Origin: Macrostomum lignano
Taxonomy: Eukaryota
Length of the DNA: 64,000 nt
Reading direction: 5' to 3'
Assembly: GCA_002269645.1 (NCBI GenBank)
Contig: NIVC01000296.1
Location: 496,001 to 560,000, forward strand
Under the pieces are notes generated by a model. The model searched no databases, was not told the origin of the DNA, and saw nothing but the letters and a program-made list of their open reading frames with translations. The stretch's first letter is position 1. Every line of letters begins with the position of its first letter. Positions 24,182 to 38,860 of the stretch are shown here, in pieces. Both the position numbers and the translations under genes were made by a program.

Positions 24182-24442
24182 CTGATCGACAACCTTGGCC
24201 TGCAGCACCTCAGGATAGGACAGGTCAAGCAGACGAGACTCTGACCGGCAACCATGCTGTTTAAGAGTTTTCGACTGCTGTTCCAGCCGTTTAAATTGGC
24301 CCTCGTAGCACCAGCTCTCTAAGACGCGATTGTCGCCGCGAAAGATGGCCTCTAGAACGTTTGGCACCACGAATTGACGGCAATGGGTGGCGAAACCGCT
24401 CAGGGTAAAGCTGGGCTCCAGTCGAGCGATTTCGTTTACCAC
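24182..24442 (-). CDS. TIMM44: Tim44 exon
   Basis: VVNEIARLEPSF...VVPNVLEAIFRGDNRVLESWCYEG...SRLLDL matches the Tim44 domain; AG/GT boundaries, 261 nt. Confidence 0.93.
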
Positions 24443-24496
24443 CTGACAGGGTTCAGTGAGAGATGATAAAAGTTTCCAGGCTTAACGTGCGGTTTA

Positions 24497-25255
24497 AGAT
24501 CTAGTGGGATGGGGTGAGATCTAGTGGGATGGGGTGAGATCTAGTGGGATGGGGTGAGATCTAGTGGGATGGGGTGAGATCTAGTGGGATGGGGTGAGAT
24601 CTAGTGGGATGGGGTGAGATCTAGTGGGATGGGGTGAGATCTAGTGGGATGGGGTGAGATCTAGTGGGATGGGGTGAGATCTAGTGGGATGGGGTGAGAT
24701 CTAGTGGGATGGGGTGAGATCTAGTGGGATGGGGTGAGATCTAGTGGGATGGGGTGAGATCTAGTGGGATGGGGTGAGATCTAGTGGGATGGGGTGAGAT
24801 CTAGTGGGATGGGGTGAGATCTAGTGGGATGGGGTGAGATCTAGTGGGATGGGGTGAGATCTAGTGGGATGGGGTGAGATCTAGTGGATGGGGTGAGATC
24901 TAGTGGATGGGGTGAGATCTAATGAACTGGAGTGAGATCTAATGAACTGGAGTGAGATCTAATGAACTAGAGTGGGATCTAATGACCTGGAGTGAGATTT
25001 AATGAACTGGAGTGAGAACTAATGAACTGGAGTGAGATCTAATGAACTGGAGTGAGATCTAATGAACTGGAGTGAGATCTAATGAACTGGAGTGGGGTCT
25101 AATGAACTGGAGTGGGGTCTAATGAACTGGAGTGAGATCTAATGAACTGGAGTGAGATCTAATGAACTGGAGTGAGATCTAATGAACTGGAGTGGGGTCT
25201 AATGAACTGGAGTGGGGTCTAATGAACTGGAGTGAGATCTAATGAACTGGAGTGA
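24497..25255. repeat. Two-part minisatellite, 20 bp units GATCTAGTGGGATGGGGTGA then GATCTAATGAACTGGAGTGA
   Basis: Directly visible; switch at ~24920. Confidence 0.96.
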
Positions 25256-25321
25256 AACCACAGTTAGGTGGAAAAACACAATACTGGACCGCTACCCACA
25301 AAAACAAAATCACGGGCATAC

Positions 25322-25633
25322 CTTGTGAAAGTCGGAGTCAGTGAACAAAGAGCCAAACAAAGAGGAGAATCGCTCGCTAACGAATCTGCCGCCCCTAGCA
25401 ATGGGATTCTCGGATTCCTGATACTGAGACCGCATGTCGAATAGCTTCTGCATGTACGGATTGCTGTCCTTAAAGTTGGTCCAGGCCTGCGCCCACTTGC
25501 TGTCCCGGTGGAGCACCACGCCCTGCTCGTGCGGGTTCGCCTCCGGCGGCGGCGCGGTGCCTGACGACGAAGAGTCCGTGGCAATGCCCGACACCTCTTG
25601 GCGCGTCATCAGCACCGTGGGGCTGCGGTACAC
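25322..25633 (-). CDS. TIMM44: Tim44 exon
   Basis: EANPHEQGVVLHRDSKWAQAWTNFKDSNPY...FDMRSQYQESENP matches Tim44 EPNEEALGVVLHKDSKW; 312 nt, AG/GT boundaries. Confidence 0.93.
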
Positions 25634-25754
25634 CTGCACTCACAATAAGAGATTGATGAAGCAGCTTGGGGGACTTGTTATACTAAACTACTCATAGTAG
25701 CGAGTAATAAAACTAGAATTTAATGCCATTATTTGATGCATGCACCAAGGATTT

Positions 25755-26268
25755 AGGTGGCTGGCCCAGCAACTGAGGATCTGGGAGGCTGGCCCAGCAA
25801 CTGAGGATCTGGGTGGCTGGCCCAGCAACTGAGGATCTGGGAGGCTGACCCAGCAACTGAGGATCTGGGAGGCTGACCCAGCAACTGAGGATCTGGGAGG
25901 CTGGCAAAGCAACTGAGGATCTGGGAGGGAGGCTGGCCCAGCAACTGAGGATCTGAGAGGTTGGCCCAGCAACTGAGGATCTGGGAAGCTGGCCCAGCAA
26001 CTGAGGATCTGGGAATCTGAGTGGCTGGTCTAGCAACCGAGGATTTGGAAGGCTGGCCCAGCAACTGAGGATCTGGGAGGCTGGCCCAGCAACTGAGGAT
26101 ATGGCTTGCCCAAAAACTGAGGATCTGGGAGGCTGGCCCAGCAACTTAGGATTTAGGAGGTTGGCCCAGAAACTGAGGATCTGGGTGACTGGCCCAGCAA
26201 CTGAGAATCTGGGAGGCTGGCCCAGCAACTGAGCATCTGGGAGGCTGGCCCAGCAACTGAGGATCTAA
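25755..26268 (-). repeat. Minisatellite, 28 bp unit GGGCCAGCCTCCCAGATCCTCAGTTGCT (read on minus strand)
   Basis: Directly visible; same family as 38165-38766. Confidence 0.95.
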
Positions 26269-26373
26269 AGTCCAGCAGGGTGGCGGTCCAATGCAAGATC
26301 CCTAACCTTCTCATTCTCCCCCAGCTCCCCCCCCCAACTGATTCCTAACTCCCCCAACTGATCCCTAACTGAC

Positions 26374-26611
26374 CTTTAGCGACAAGTCGCCCTCGATCTC
26401 GCGCGACACGGCGGCGGCGCTGGTGCGGGCCCGGCGTACCAGATCAGAGTCGGCCAGCATCTCAGCGGATTTAGAAAGCTGCCCGGCCGCGTCTTTGACG
26501 CCTTTGGCCGCCTTCTGCAGGTACTCCTGCTGCGCCACCGTGTTCAGACTGTCGCGCACCTTGTCGGCCGTGTTTTTCAATCTGGCATCCTGCTCGAGGT
26601 TCTGGTAGTAC
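26374..26611 (-). CDS. TIMM44: Tim44 exon (N-terminal helical region; most 5' exon found)
   Basis: YYQNLEQD...KGVKDAAGQLSKSAEMLADS...AVSREIEGD aligns with the Tim44 N-domain; ttgtcag acceptor (phase 2), AAG|gtcagt donor in phase with the next exon. Confidence 0.82.
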
Positions 26612-26728
26612 CTGACAATGGGAAAGGTGGATTGGTGGATTGGCAATCTTGAATTAGGCAGCTTAATTAACGTCACTGACTCATTGAGCAAGCAAATTAA
26701 GGAAATTAGAGAGCGACTGTTGAGGGCG

Positions 26729-27106
26729 TCCACCTGAGGTTTAGGGGGATGTCTAACTGAGGATTGGGAGGGCGTCCACCTGAGGTTTAGGGGGATGTCT
26801 ACCTGAGGATTGTGAGGGCGTTCACCTGAGGTTTAGGGGGATGTCTAACTGAGGATTGGGAGGGCGTTCACCTGAGGTTTAGGGGGATGTCTACCTGAGG
26901 ATTGTGACGGCGTCCACCTGAGGTTTAGGGGGATGTCTACCTGAGGATTGGGAGGGAGTCCACCTGAGGTTTAGGGGGATGTCTAACTGAGGATTGGGAG
27001 GGAGTCCACCTGAGGTTTAGGGGGATGTCTATCTGAGGATTGGGACGGCGTCCACCTGAGGTTTAGGGGGGATGTCTACCTGAGGATTGGGACGGCGTCC
27101 ACCTGG
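26729..27106. repeat. Minisatellite, ~46 bp unit CACCTGAGGTTTAGGGGGATGTCTA(C/A)CTGAGGATTGGGAGGGCGTC
   Basis: Directly visible. Confidence 0.92.
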
Positions 27107-27459
27107 GAAAATTTGTATACTATATACCAAAAGCTCAAAATCACTTTTTCTTTTATATATCAACAATATATATACCAAACAAGCTGTTGAAACCCGCGGA
27201 TTTTGAACCCGGGGAACTCCATTCCCCAGAATTATTTTTGCATGTATTTTAAAATCTGAGGTCAAACTCAAACAAAAACTTGTTTATAGTTAGGACAGAG
27301 TTAAACATAAAATAGAGTACATTCGTGTAAAATTAGGATTTGAGGCAAACATTTATATTGTTGGCTGGGGTGCTGCGCAGAATGTCAGGCAAACTCTGGT
27401 CTCTGCCTCTCCATATGTCCCTTGGATCCTTTGAAACTTCTACAGTATCTTCTCTTCTG

Positions 27460-28935
<1,476 letters not shown>

Positions 28936-29519
28936 CATATGGCCCGCAGCTATGAGCTTGATTCTTTATCTGGCCTTTGACGTAAAAAATCTACCGATCC
29001 CTGCTTCGAAAGCCAGTTTGTGGGACATAGTACTATCATGGTTATTATCATTTCTCATGCTTTAATCACGTCATTTTTCTGGTCAATTAGCAGCCCTGAG
29101 AGGAATTTGTATATTTTCAGCTCCACCACAACAGTCTGCAGCAGTCTAACAACCATGAAATACGCATTTCTTAGGAGGCCATTTAAATTTTAAAGTACCT
29201 TATGCAAATCTTAATGTTAAAATTTTCATGGTGTAGGATTGCATTGTAATCAGTTATTCATTAATTTTTCGATATTTTTACAAACCATACCACATCGCCT
29301 TGATTTGCCATCCTTGTTTAACTGCTGCAGACTTGTCTATTCAGAGGACAGTGGTTTGAAATTGAATCTCTCGCTAAACACTCTCCTCTCCACGCCTCTC
29401 CACTCGCGGGGGTACAGAGAAGGCTATTATTAAAAAGTTATTCCAAAACACTGTACATTCGCTATGTACAGTCAGTCCTATCGCCTGACCCTTCGTCTGG
29501 CTCTGGGGGAATGAGTGAG

Positions 29520-30152
29520 TGAGTGGCACAAACAACAGAAAAAGCAGACAAACTTCACATGCTTACAGTTTCTTTTTTCGGTTGAGTTACAGAGTTGAAG
29601 CTTTACATTTAGACAGAGAATGAGTCAATGAAGAATTGTGTCAAGTTTGAAGTCAATCGCTTTATGTGGAGCAAACTTATGGCAGCTGAAAGTTAGTCAA
29701 TTTTGAAACCCTTTTACACATCTGGGGCTGGGCCCAGATCGGGAAAGAGAGGCAGGCGGGCGGAGGTTGGGGTGGCTGCCTCGCTGAAAAAAACAGCCAA
29801 ACTTTAAAAGTGCACAGCGCCGTTCAGGATTAGGGCCTAACTTTCAGACTCGAAATTTTACATGATTGTGCCAAAATAGTTGAAAATTGTCTGTGTCAAA
29901 TTTGAAGAGAATCGGTAGAAGTGGAGCGGCGCTATGGAGGATTTAGTGAAAAAATTGCGCATTTTGAGCAGTTTTTTGCACTTTTAGGTAGGAAGACTCA
30001 AATTTAGGAAATTAAAAGGTAGCCTAAGACATTCTCCGTAGTAAGTTTAGGGTGGGTGTAAAGTTTGGTGTAATTTGGTTGAGCGGTTTGGGAGTCCATA
30101 GCGATCAAAATTGTCCACACACAGACAGAGTTTTGACTTTTATAGGTAGAGA
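29520..30152 (-). mobile_element. Possible non-autonomous Helitron-like element (5' end only recognisable)
   Basis: Minus strand begins A|TCTCTACCTATAAAAG...CTCTGTCTGTGTGTG...ACTCCCAAACCGCTCAACCAAATT, resembling animal Helitron/DINE-type 5' ends; no CTRR 3' end or hairpin found, so the left boundary is a guess. Confidence 0.35.
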
Positions 30153-33100
30153 TTTCTTAAATGTACCCTGGAAATTTCTAGCATATATACCTTCTTCTAG
30201 ACTATAGGGGTCTATATAGGCTCTAATTTATATTTATAATTTCTGCACTAGACCTATAAATTGTCATATAGGCTTACTTGTGTCTAAAACAATGATTGTT
30301 GTGCAATAAATGATGACTACAAATGTTTAGCCAAAACAACTAAAGCAATGCTAATGCCAAGCCAACATATTTACAAAAAGATATTATTAAAATGCTCATT
30401 ATTGCTTTCCAGAAACATTCTATTTGTTTATAATAACTATCCAATAATTAAAATATTGTAGTCTATTGAGTAGGTCCTAGTCCTATTCAGTTTTCTTTCA
30501 AGTTTTTAATAATTATACTCTATACTATGTCTATAGCATTAATGTTGCATATTCTTGGCAATTTTTTAAAATTATCTTTCTTGCTTTACAGTTGCACCAC
30601 TTTTTGCTCTGGCTCTCTGTTGGTTGCACATTATCCTACACTAGGTGACTAGGGCCTAGGGGGCCTAGGCTTAGGACCAGACCAGGTCCATTTTGAAATT
30701 TATCGTGTTGTGCAAGAACATCCCTCTGTTTAAATAAAGTACATGTAAATATGGTCATTTAAGTCAGTTCTGGCGCCTAGGACCACGGAACTGGCCATCA
30801 CCCTTGGTTGTACTTGTACCACTGGTACGTGTGATGTAGTAGACGTCGTACCACATAAATTGATACAAGAATTGAAAGGCCGCGCCGATCAAAACCGAAC
30901 TTCACATTGTTAGAAAAGTCCCAGCTAAACAAATAATTAATGATTAAACTCTACTCTTCTTTTAAAGTTTTTGCTGTAACTTAAAAATATTAGTTTTTAG
31001 TGATGTATTTTTCTTTTAAATTGCTTTTTATGCATATGACTTTTGAGTTTCTGTTTTGGCTCTTTTTTGACTGCAACTGGATGACCACAGGCGGGTCGTT
31101 CTCAAAGCTAGGTCACAACTTTTTGTTATTGCAAAAAAAGTTTATACATCGACCAATAATCGTACAAAAAAATTATTTCGACAATTTCTGTAAGAAGCTG
31201 CTACTAAAACCACAAGAAAACTTGAAATTGAGAAGAAATCAAGGCTATTTGTTATTCTTTGTTGCGGAAAATAAACGACAAAAATATTAAAGAGAAAATA
31301 AAATTTTCTTCTATTTTTATTTTAAATATGCAGTTAAATTTCTTTTGCAAAAATAAAAGAACAAGAAATTGACAAAGGAAATGTTTTTGAGCACAGCATT
31401 TTGTTACTCTGCTCTAAATCCCAGACATTTAAAATTATCGTGTGCGAAAAAGTGCGAAATTATTATAGCATGCACTCGAAAGGACTTCGATCAGTTTAAC
31501 TAATCACTGAATTAAGAAGTCTAAATAAGTCTTGAAAAGTTGAATTAAAAATCAAGTTTTCACTATGTATCTTTTCAAAGTCAAGATGATTCGACAAATA
31601 AAGAATGTTCATTTTTACGGTGAATAGAATTGTTCATTTTTACATTAAATATAATAAAATCTAACTAATAATAGAAAAAGTCAGGGAACTATCCTTGAAC
31701 ACCAAAAAGCACATTGTGGATTTAATATCAACTGCATGTTCCTTAATAAAGGAATTCGGATTCTAGTATATATTTGATTATTTGTAGCATAATTTCTGAA
31801 AACTATAACTTGCTTGATTTTACTTTAAGTACTTATTACATTAATACTTATACCAAAGCTGCATGTACTTAAAATAAAAAATTATAGTTACTTATTAGAC
31901 ATTTTACTCCAATTAACTTAAAATAATTCAAATTTATTTTAATCAATTCATTTTTTGAAACTTTTTGGAAAATAGACAAAATTGAATTATTTAATTACCA
32001 AAAACCTACTAGCTTAACTAAAATAGCAGTTAGTCTTTAAAAAAAGATTTCACTTGTTAATTGAGAAAAATGAGGGTGTGCGAGGTGTAAAAATGCGAAA
32101 GAGCATGCAGGAAACAGAGACAAACAAAAATGTAGGTAAAAGACACTGCACATGCACATAATATGATAACCAGACATAATGCGCACACTGAAACACCAGT
32201 AGCAATGACGCCCAAGCTTTTGATGATCACAAGCGAAAAGGCAAAACCCAGCCATCAATCAAAGAAGTAGACTATAGCACGCATCTTGAGTGCATCACGC
32301 ATTTTTTGCAGAGAAGCTCGAAAATTAACATTGTATTCTGTGCACAACCACCAACTGCGACAGGGTCTGCCGGGGGATTTGTGGGCACGCGGTCGCGGAT
32401 ACAAATCGGAGGAGTCGCTGACCATTCTGAAATTACTAGCTAGTACATGTAATTTTGTGTATTAATATATTTAGCCCGCTTTATTTCTATGCTCTCGTCC
32501 GCCTCTCGTTAATGCATCCCCAGACTCATGGAATAATCAAACTTATGATCGAACTATGCATGGCTTCCGTCCCTCGCTTTGAATCTCTCACCTCCCCATA
32601 GTTCCATCAACCTTACCGTAGTGGCTTCCTATGCAAAAATCATCCCTCCGCATCTTACACAGGCTACTTCAGGCTGTAGACTGTACTACACTATTAATTA
32701 GTTGCGCTAAGGAATCTACATGTATTTTGCTCGCAGCGCAACGCGCTGCTCAAAGAAGTTTAGATCTATCTAGATATTCTAGTAATTTCAGGTTTGTCCA
32801 TAGACTAGAGCTCATGAGATGAGAATTCCATTAACTAGTACATTTAATATGAATGAACTGCGTGTGTGTGTGCTGTGCATACATATGTATAATATACGAG
32901 TATACGAATGTGCGCACTGGTCTAAGCAGCACACGCATGTCCTTCTGACAATGACGGCACCTAGCTTCGTCCAAGCCTTTGCCAGCGTCACTGACAGCGT
33001 CAATACTACCATGCAGTGCCACCTGCAGCACCGACAACGGCAATTCCTCCAGTTAGCCCACAACAGTGGCTAAACTGAGGGACATGGAACCTACCCGCAG

Positions 33101-35361
33101 AAGACACACACATACACACACAGCACCGGCAGCAGCACTCTGACAGCATAACCTAAAGCTCCATGAGCTCAGTTTTCAAGCATTGAAGAAGCAGAAGCAG
33201 TCATCTTGAATCCAGGGATCAGGAAGAGTGTTGCATGTCCGACATGTGCTGTTTCCGTGGCAAAAGGTGATGGAGCAAATTAATCAACACTTACTATCTA
33301 GCTCGTATTAAGACTAAAAAACTGAGGCAAGCTGGGATTAAACCAAAGAAAATTTTTTACTATACTTTTTTACCATGTACTTTTACTATACTTCTATAGT
33401 ATAGTAGAGAGGTACTCTATTTAAATGCAGTAAGAAGTGAAACAAATTTATATATTTAATTATTAAAATTAAATTAATTCAAGGTAAATAACTAATTTAA
33501 CCAATTTATTAGAAGTATTTAATATTTTAATAAATTGATTTTTATACATTTCTTAGCTTGGGGCCCATCTGTATAAGGTCAGTTTCTTCAAAATGCTGAT
33601 TAATTAATTAAGGCCTGTTGTCTTTACTTAAATTTATAAGGGCATCTTAGAAGTTAATATTACTATATAATACATGTATAATATTATTACTATATTATAA
33701 TAATATAGTTGCAATTTTAATGACTATTGAATAAGTCTAAATGCTTCCCCTATTGACTCTAAATATATGGTATCTTTACCTTCAGAAAAAATTAGCATAG
33801 AATGACTTGATGAAAACAAAAAAAATCATTTCGAGATACACATTTGCTGATCATTCAGGTCAAATTTCAAGGTCCAGTTTTGCACATGTTTCTCTGTAGC
33901 TTGGTTACAAGGATTTTAATAAAAATATAATAAATATGTCCAATGTACTAACTGATACATAGCCAAATTGAAGTATTTTCAAAAACAAAAAAAATCATTT
34001 GCTCAGTTTACTTTACTGGATATCTGTGTAAAATTTCAGCTCAAAAGGTGCTCCATGGAGAATGCTAGTGTGGTTACAGGATATTTATTTTGTGCTTCAA
34101 AGTAGGAGTTTATTGCGATGCATGGTTGCTTTTAATTATTTTTATCAACAATAGTGCTCTATTTCATAACAATTTTTTACAAAAAGATAAAAAGACATGT
34201 TTTTCTAATTATCTGCATCAAAATGTATCATTTTAAGCGCACATTCTAGACGTCAGCTGAAAAAATACATTTTGTGAGACGCAAAGAGGCTATCCCACCG
34301 GAAATGCTAGGCGTACAGTTAAGCGTCTATAAAATCATTTATAGTGCAGTTTATTGAGCTTTAAAAAAATCTTAAATTAAATTTATATAAGCTTTAATTT
34401 TAAATGTAATATAGCAAGGTTTCAACACAACAACAACTTTTTTTTAGCTACAGACATCTTGTAGTACCAAAAATTAACATCGGTGAAATGATTGAATTTG
34501 AATTTTTTCATCGCTAATTATCGCTTAATACCGCCAGATGATTAAAAAACACTTTTGCATGATAAAGTTTAACCCAAAAATTATCTTTATTCACAGATAA
34601 AAGTGTCCTATTATTTTCAATATGGCAGTAACAATAGTAAATGTTCGGAAAATTGTTAAAATTTTTGCTCCTCCTAGAATTTGCGAACGACCCAGGCAAG
34701 TGACTTATTGCCTGATCCGCAATTTAAGAATCGACACTAAGATGTGACTAAGGTAACCGAGTCTGCGTTTAAGGGTACAATTATCATGAATACAATCCAC
34801 TTCGGTGATAGCCACTTTGGTACCTGCCATTTTGGTATAAAAATGACCACTTCGGTAACAAAGCAGATTTACGACTATCAGTATCAACACTATATTTCTT
34901 TGGTAATTAAATTAGTAACAATTAGTTTAACAATTAACATCTTAAATAATATATTTCCACATATTGTTAAATTTTCTTGCTAAACTGTATTATAATTTGT
35001 TTCAACTTTCGCGTTAATTTTGTGATAAATAAGTTAAGGTTAAACACATGCAGGTACTAATGTGATATTTAATATTTTGTTGGCAAACAAAATGACTACA
35101 TTGTATTTTTGCAGACAAAAGGGTGGCAAACAAACTGGCAGCAGACAAAATGACTATCAACCTAAAATGTAATTTTAGTTTTATATATTTATAGTTTTTA
35201 TAAATGAAGGAAAAGTTGAATTCATTAAAACAATGTAATTTCTAATGGTTTTTGTATTGGGTCTATTATTATGCCTATTTTAAATTAGTGTAATACTTTT
35301 ATTATAACTTACTTTATTTATAATTCTTTGTACTCTGTAAAAATCTTTTCCAACTCTCATT

Positions 35362-35632
35362 CAGGGGCGTAGCAAAGGGGGTATCGATATATCAGCCAAT
35401 ATCCCCAAATTTCCAAAGCAACATTTTTTTCCTTTTTTCAGTTGCAATTGTGACTGTTAAGGAAGAGAAAGGTATCCAAATCGAAAGAATAACAATTAAC
35501 AAACAAATAGAGTAATTATATGTATTATGCACTAGAAATACATTAAGGGGATATGTGGATCTCAAGCCCTTGCTTTCTGAATTCTGATAACAGCTAACCG
35601 ATACCCCCAAAAAAATCCTGGCTACGCCCCTG
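35362..35632. mobile_element. hAT-type MITE
   Basis: TIR CAGGGGCGTAGC...GCTACGCCCCTG flanked by a perfect 8-bp TSD CTCTCATT (35354-35361, 35633-35640). Confidence 0.9.
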
Positions 35633-37060
35633 CTCTCATTTGTACACTTATACTTTGGCTATGTATGCATTGAAATTTTTAATTGCCTTCACTGAAGGGA
35701 ACAATGCAAACAAATCTGCCACGCAACTAAATGCATTGCAATTAAAAAGAATTGCAGACAAACCTGGGGGGAACTCGCCAAGCAATTAGCTTGCAGGCAA
35801 TTCACTTGTGGGAAAAATGCACTGCAGGCAAATCTTAGTAGGTAATTTGTCTATAGGCAATTCTTATGGACCCCTTTGTAATAGATAGGCTTTGTAATAA
35901 GGAAAGCAATACATTATTATCATTGGACATTGGCTAGGGCTAGTACTTAAATCAATGTTGAAACTATTGGCCAATTTTATTTAACTTTTGCAGTCTCTAT
36001 TTTCTATATTGATAAATTGTTTAATTATATTCTTAATGCATGTTTATATTTTATATCATACTTTTATAAAGAATTGCAATAAGCAAAATTACCCATGCAA
36101 AAAATTATACATCATTAATAATGACATTATTTATATTTTTATAACTTTCTATATCTTATCATAAAAATGTCTTAATAGTTTATATAGCTATATTTTACTT
36201 TTTCTAAAACAAGTTGTTTGTCTACCACTAGACAAAAAGGTGGCAGATAAAATGACTTTGCACAAAAAGATGGCATGCCAAAAGGATGGCATATTAAAGG
36301 GGTAGTGCACACTTAAAGGGTAATGCACAGAAGTGACTACATGTTGAAGTGTAGTGCACTTGTGCTATCCCTCTGGTTGCACTAAGTTGCCAATGGCTTT
36401 CATCACCTGCACAGCCTTGAGAAGCAGCCAATTTGTCACAGCAGCTTTAATTTGAGAAACATTTTAATTTTCTACAAATTTCTGCTAAGTGAAAATTAGT
36501 AAACTGCTTATTAGCTAAATTAATAAAAACTATAAGACAATGGTTTAGATAGATTAGACAAGTTGAATGTAGTTAATCCCATCATTTATTTAATGAAACT
36601 GTATAAACAGTGCAGGATTCACCTACTTATTAGCTGATGAGGCAATTTGATCATGGTTATTCCAGCTTTTTACCCCATTTGCCCCTTATATTGGCGATGC
36701 TTGGCGTGCATCCATGGGCTTTAATAGTTTATTTCAATAGATTAGTTATTTGTTGATTACCATTTTTATCCAAAATAGATATATCTATAGTATTATAATC
36801 AGCCATATTAGAATAAGTTTGCAAAACCTGCAGATGCACACTACATAGATACAAAAATGGCCCAAAAGTGCAATATACAAGCCATAGGATACAGAAACAT
36901 TAAAATACAATTTATGGAATGCAACTCCATAAACATCAAAGATAAAGCAATAAAGTGTTTCAAATATGTTATTTTAATTTTTATATTTTAATAGTAACTC
37001 CTTTGCTAAAATTCCTTTTATATAATAGCTGTAATATTACACATTCTTATAATTTTCCAG

Positions 37061-37222
37061 ATGGCAGACAATGACCATTCAGAGGAGCCAACTCCATATA
37101 TTGAGGCAATTGTCACTTACATCTCCTATGTGCTGCTGGCTGTGTTTGGCCACATTAGAGACTTCCTACGCAACAAAGGATTTGAGGCTAATATGATTGC
37201 AACAGAGCCAGATCGGACTAAG
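37061..37222 (+). CDS. SPTLC2: Serine palmitoyltransferase LCB2 subunit, coding exon 1
   Basis: EEPTPYIEAIVTYISYVLLAVFGHIRDFLR matches SPTLC2 EETPMLVAVLTYVGY...FGYLRDFLR; AAG|gtattt donor. Confidence 0.9.
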
Positions 37223-38164
37223 GTATTTTGTTGTTTGCTTTGTAAAATATTTAAATACATAAGTAATTATTGCAAAGCATTGTGAATTAAATGATTGCCA
37301 ATATGGATAAGGAGTATTAAGGAGCATCTGTTTTATTTCTACAGTTATATCACGGATGTATTGTTAGTATTTTCTTTTTTGCTTTTTAAGAGCAGTGTGA
37401 AGAAGAAGGATAAGTTATAAGAAGCATATAATAAAGCCTATAATGCATATAAAGCATATAAAGCATATGAAGCATATAATGGTTATAAGAACCATTATAA
37501 GAAGCAGTAAACAAGAAATGGATTTTGCGAAACCGGAATTTTTTGTTTAGTTTTTTTCATCACAAATCACAAAACTTTGGCCTGCAAAGCCTCTCTATTC
37601 GGTCCTCGAGTCCTTTAAAACTTCACGATAGCAACCCGTCCCGCTCAAGGTTTTGTCTCTCTTCTCTAAGTGCAGATATATAATACTAATTTATAATCTT
37701 GCACCGAAATGCTCTGCGATGCGATTTTCTGGGTGAGTACGTGGGATCAATTCAAGAATTGCTCATTTCTAGAAGTGCCGCTTTCGAAAGAAATGAGCCT
37801 TTTTTCTACTTGCAGTTTCAGTTTTTTCTGCATTCTGCAAGCCGTCTTGTTTCGATATAGTATATGGTGCTATCTCGTTAGTCGTATATGCCTTGGATAT
37901 TTGCGTGTTCTAAAAATAGTTTTTTAGCAGTTTCATTTTCTATTAATGTTGTTAAAGAACTGGCATGCATTGTATATTATATGAATAGGATGATGGAAAG
38001 AGATAGTTAAAACGTTTATCTACAAGATGCACGTTGTACCCACTTTTTATAATGAAAAATAGACAAACTGATTCTTTTAATATTTTAGCTAGCATTAAGG
38101 TATTCCCAAACAGTACACACTTTTACCTTGCAATAAAAATCTTTTAATTGTCATTACTCTCTAG

Positions 38165-38766
38165 GTTCTCAGTCTGGGTCAGCACCAGCCTCCCAGATCC
38201 TCCTCAGTTGCTGGTCCAGCCTCCCAGATCCTCCTCAGTTGCTGAACCAGCCTCCCAGGTCCTCAATTGCTGGGCCAGCCTCCCAGATCCTCAGTTGCTG
38301 GGCCAGCCTTCCAAATCCTCGGTTGCTAGAGCAGCCTCCCTCCCAGATCCTCAGTTGCTGGGCCAGCCTCTCAGATCCTCAGTTGCTGGGCCAGCCTCCC
38401 AGATCCTCAGTTGCTGGGCCAGCCTTCCAGATCCTCAGTTGCTGGGCCAACCTCCCAAATCCTCAGTTGTTGGGCCAGCCTCCTAGATCCTCAGTTGCTG
38501 GTCCAGCCTTCAAATCCTCAGTTGCTAGACCAGCCACCCAGATCCTCAGTTGCTGGGCCAGCCTTCCAAATCCTCAGTTGCTAGACCAGCCACCCAGATT
38601 CCCAGATCCTCAGTTGCTGGGCCAGCCTCCCAGATCCTCAGTTGCTGGGCCAGCCTCCCAGATCCTCAGTTGCTGGGCCAGCCTCCCAGATCCTCAGTTG
38701 CTGGGCCAGCCTCCCAGATCCTCAGTTGCTGGGCCAGCCTCCCAGATCCTCAGTTGCTGGGCCAGC
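38165..38766 (+). repeat. Minisatellite, 28 bp unit GGGCCAGCCTCCCAGATCCTCAGTTGCT
   Basis: Directly visible; same family as 25755-26268. Confidence 0.95.
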
Positions 38767-38860
38767 CGCCTCTACACCCCAGATCGTGTTTTTGCAGCGA
38801 AAAAGCAGTTTAATAAAAGATCCAACCCTGTGCGAACTCAATTGATCCCCAATCGAGCAG

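Noticed and set aside
32631-33073. Short ORFs with Cys/His (e.g. RCRHCQKD) as a zinc finger or TIMM44 first exon
   Set aside because: No complete motif and no resemblance to a Tim44 N-terminus.
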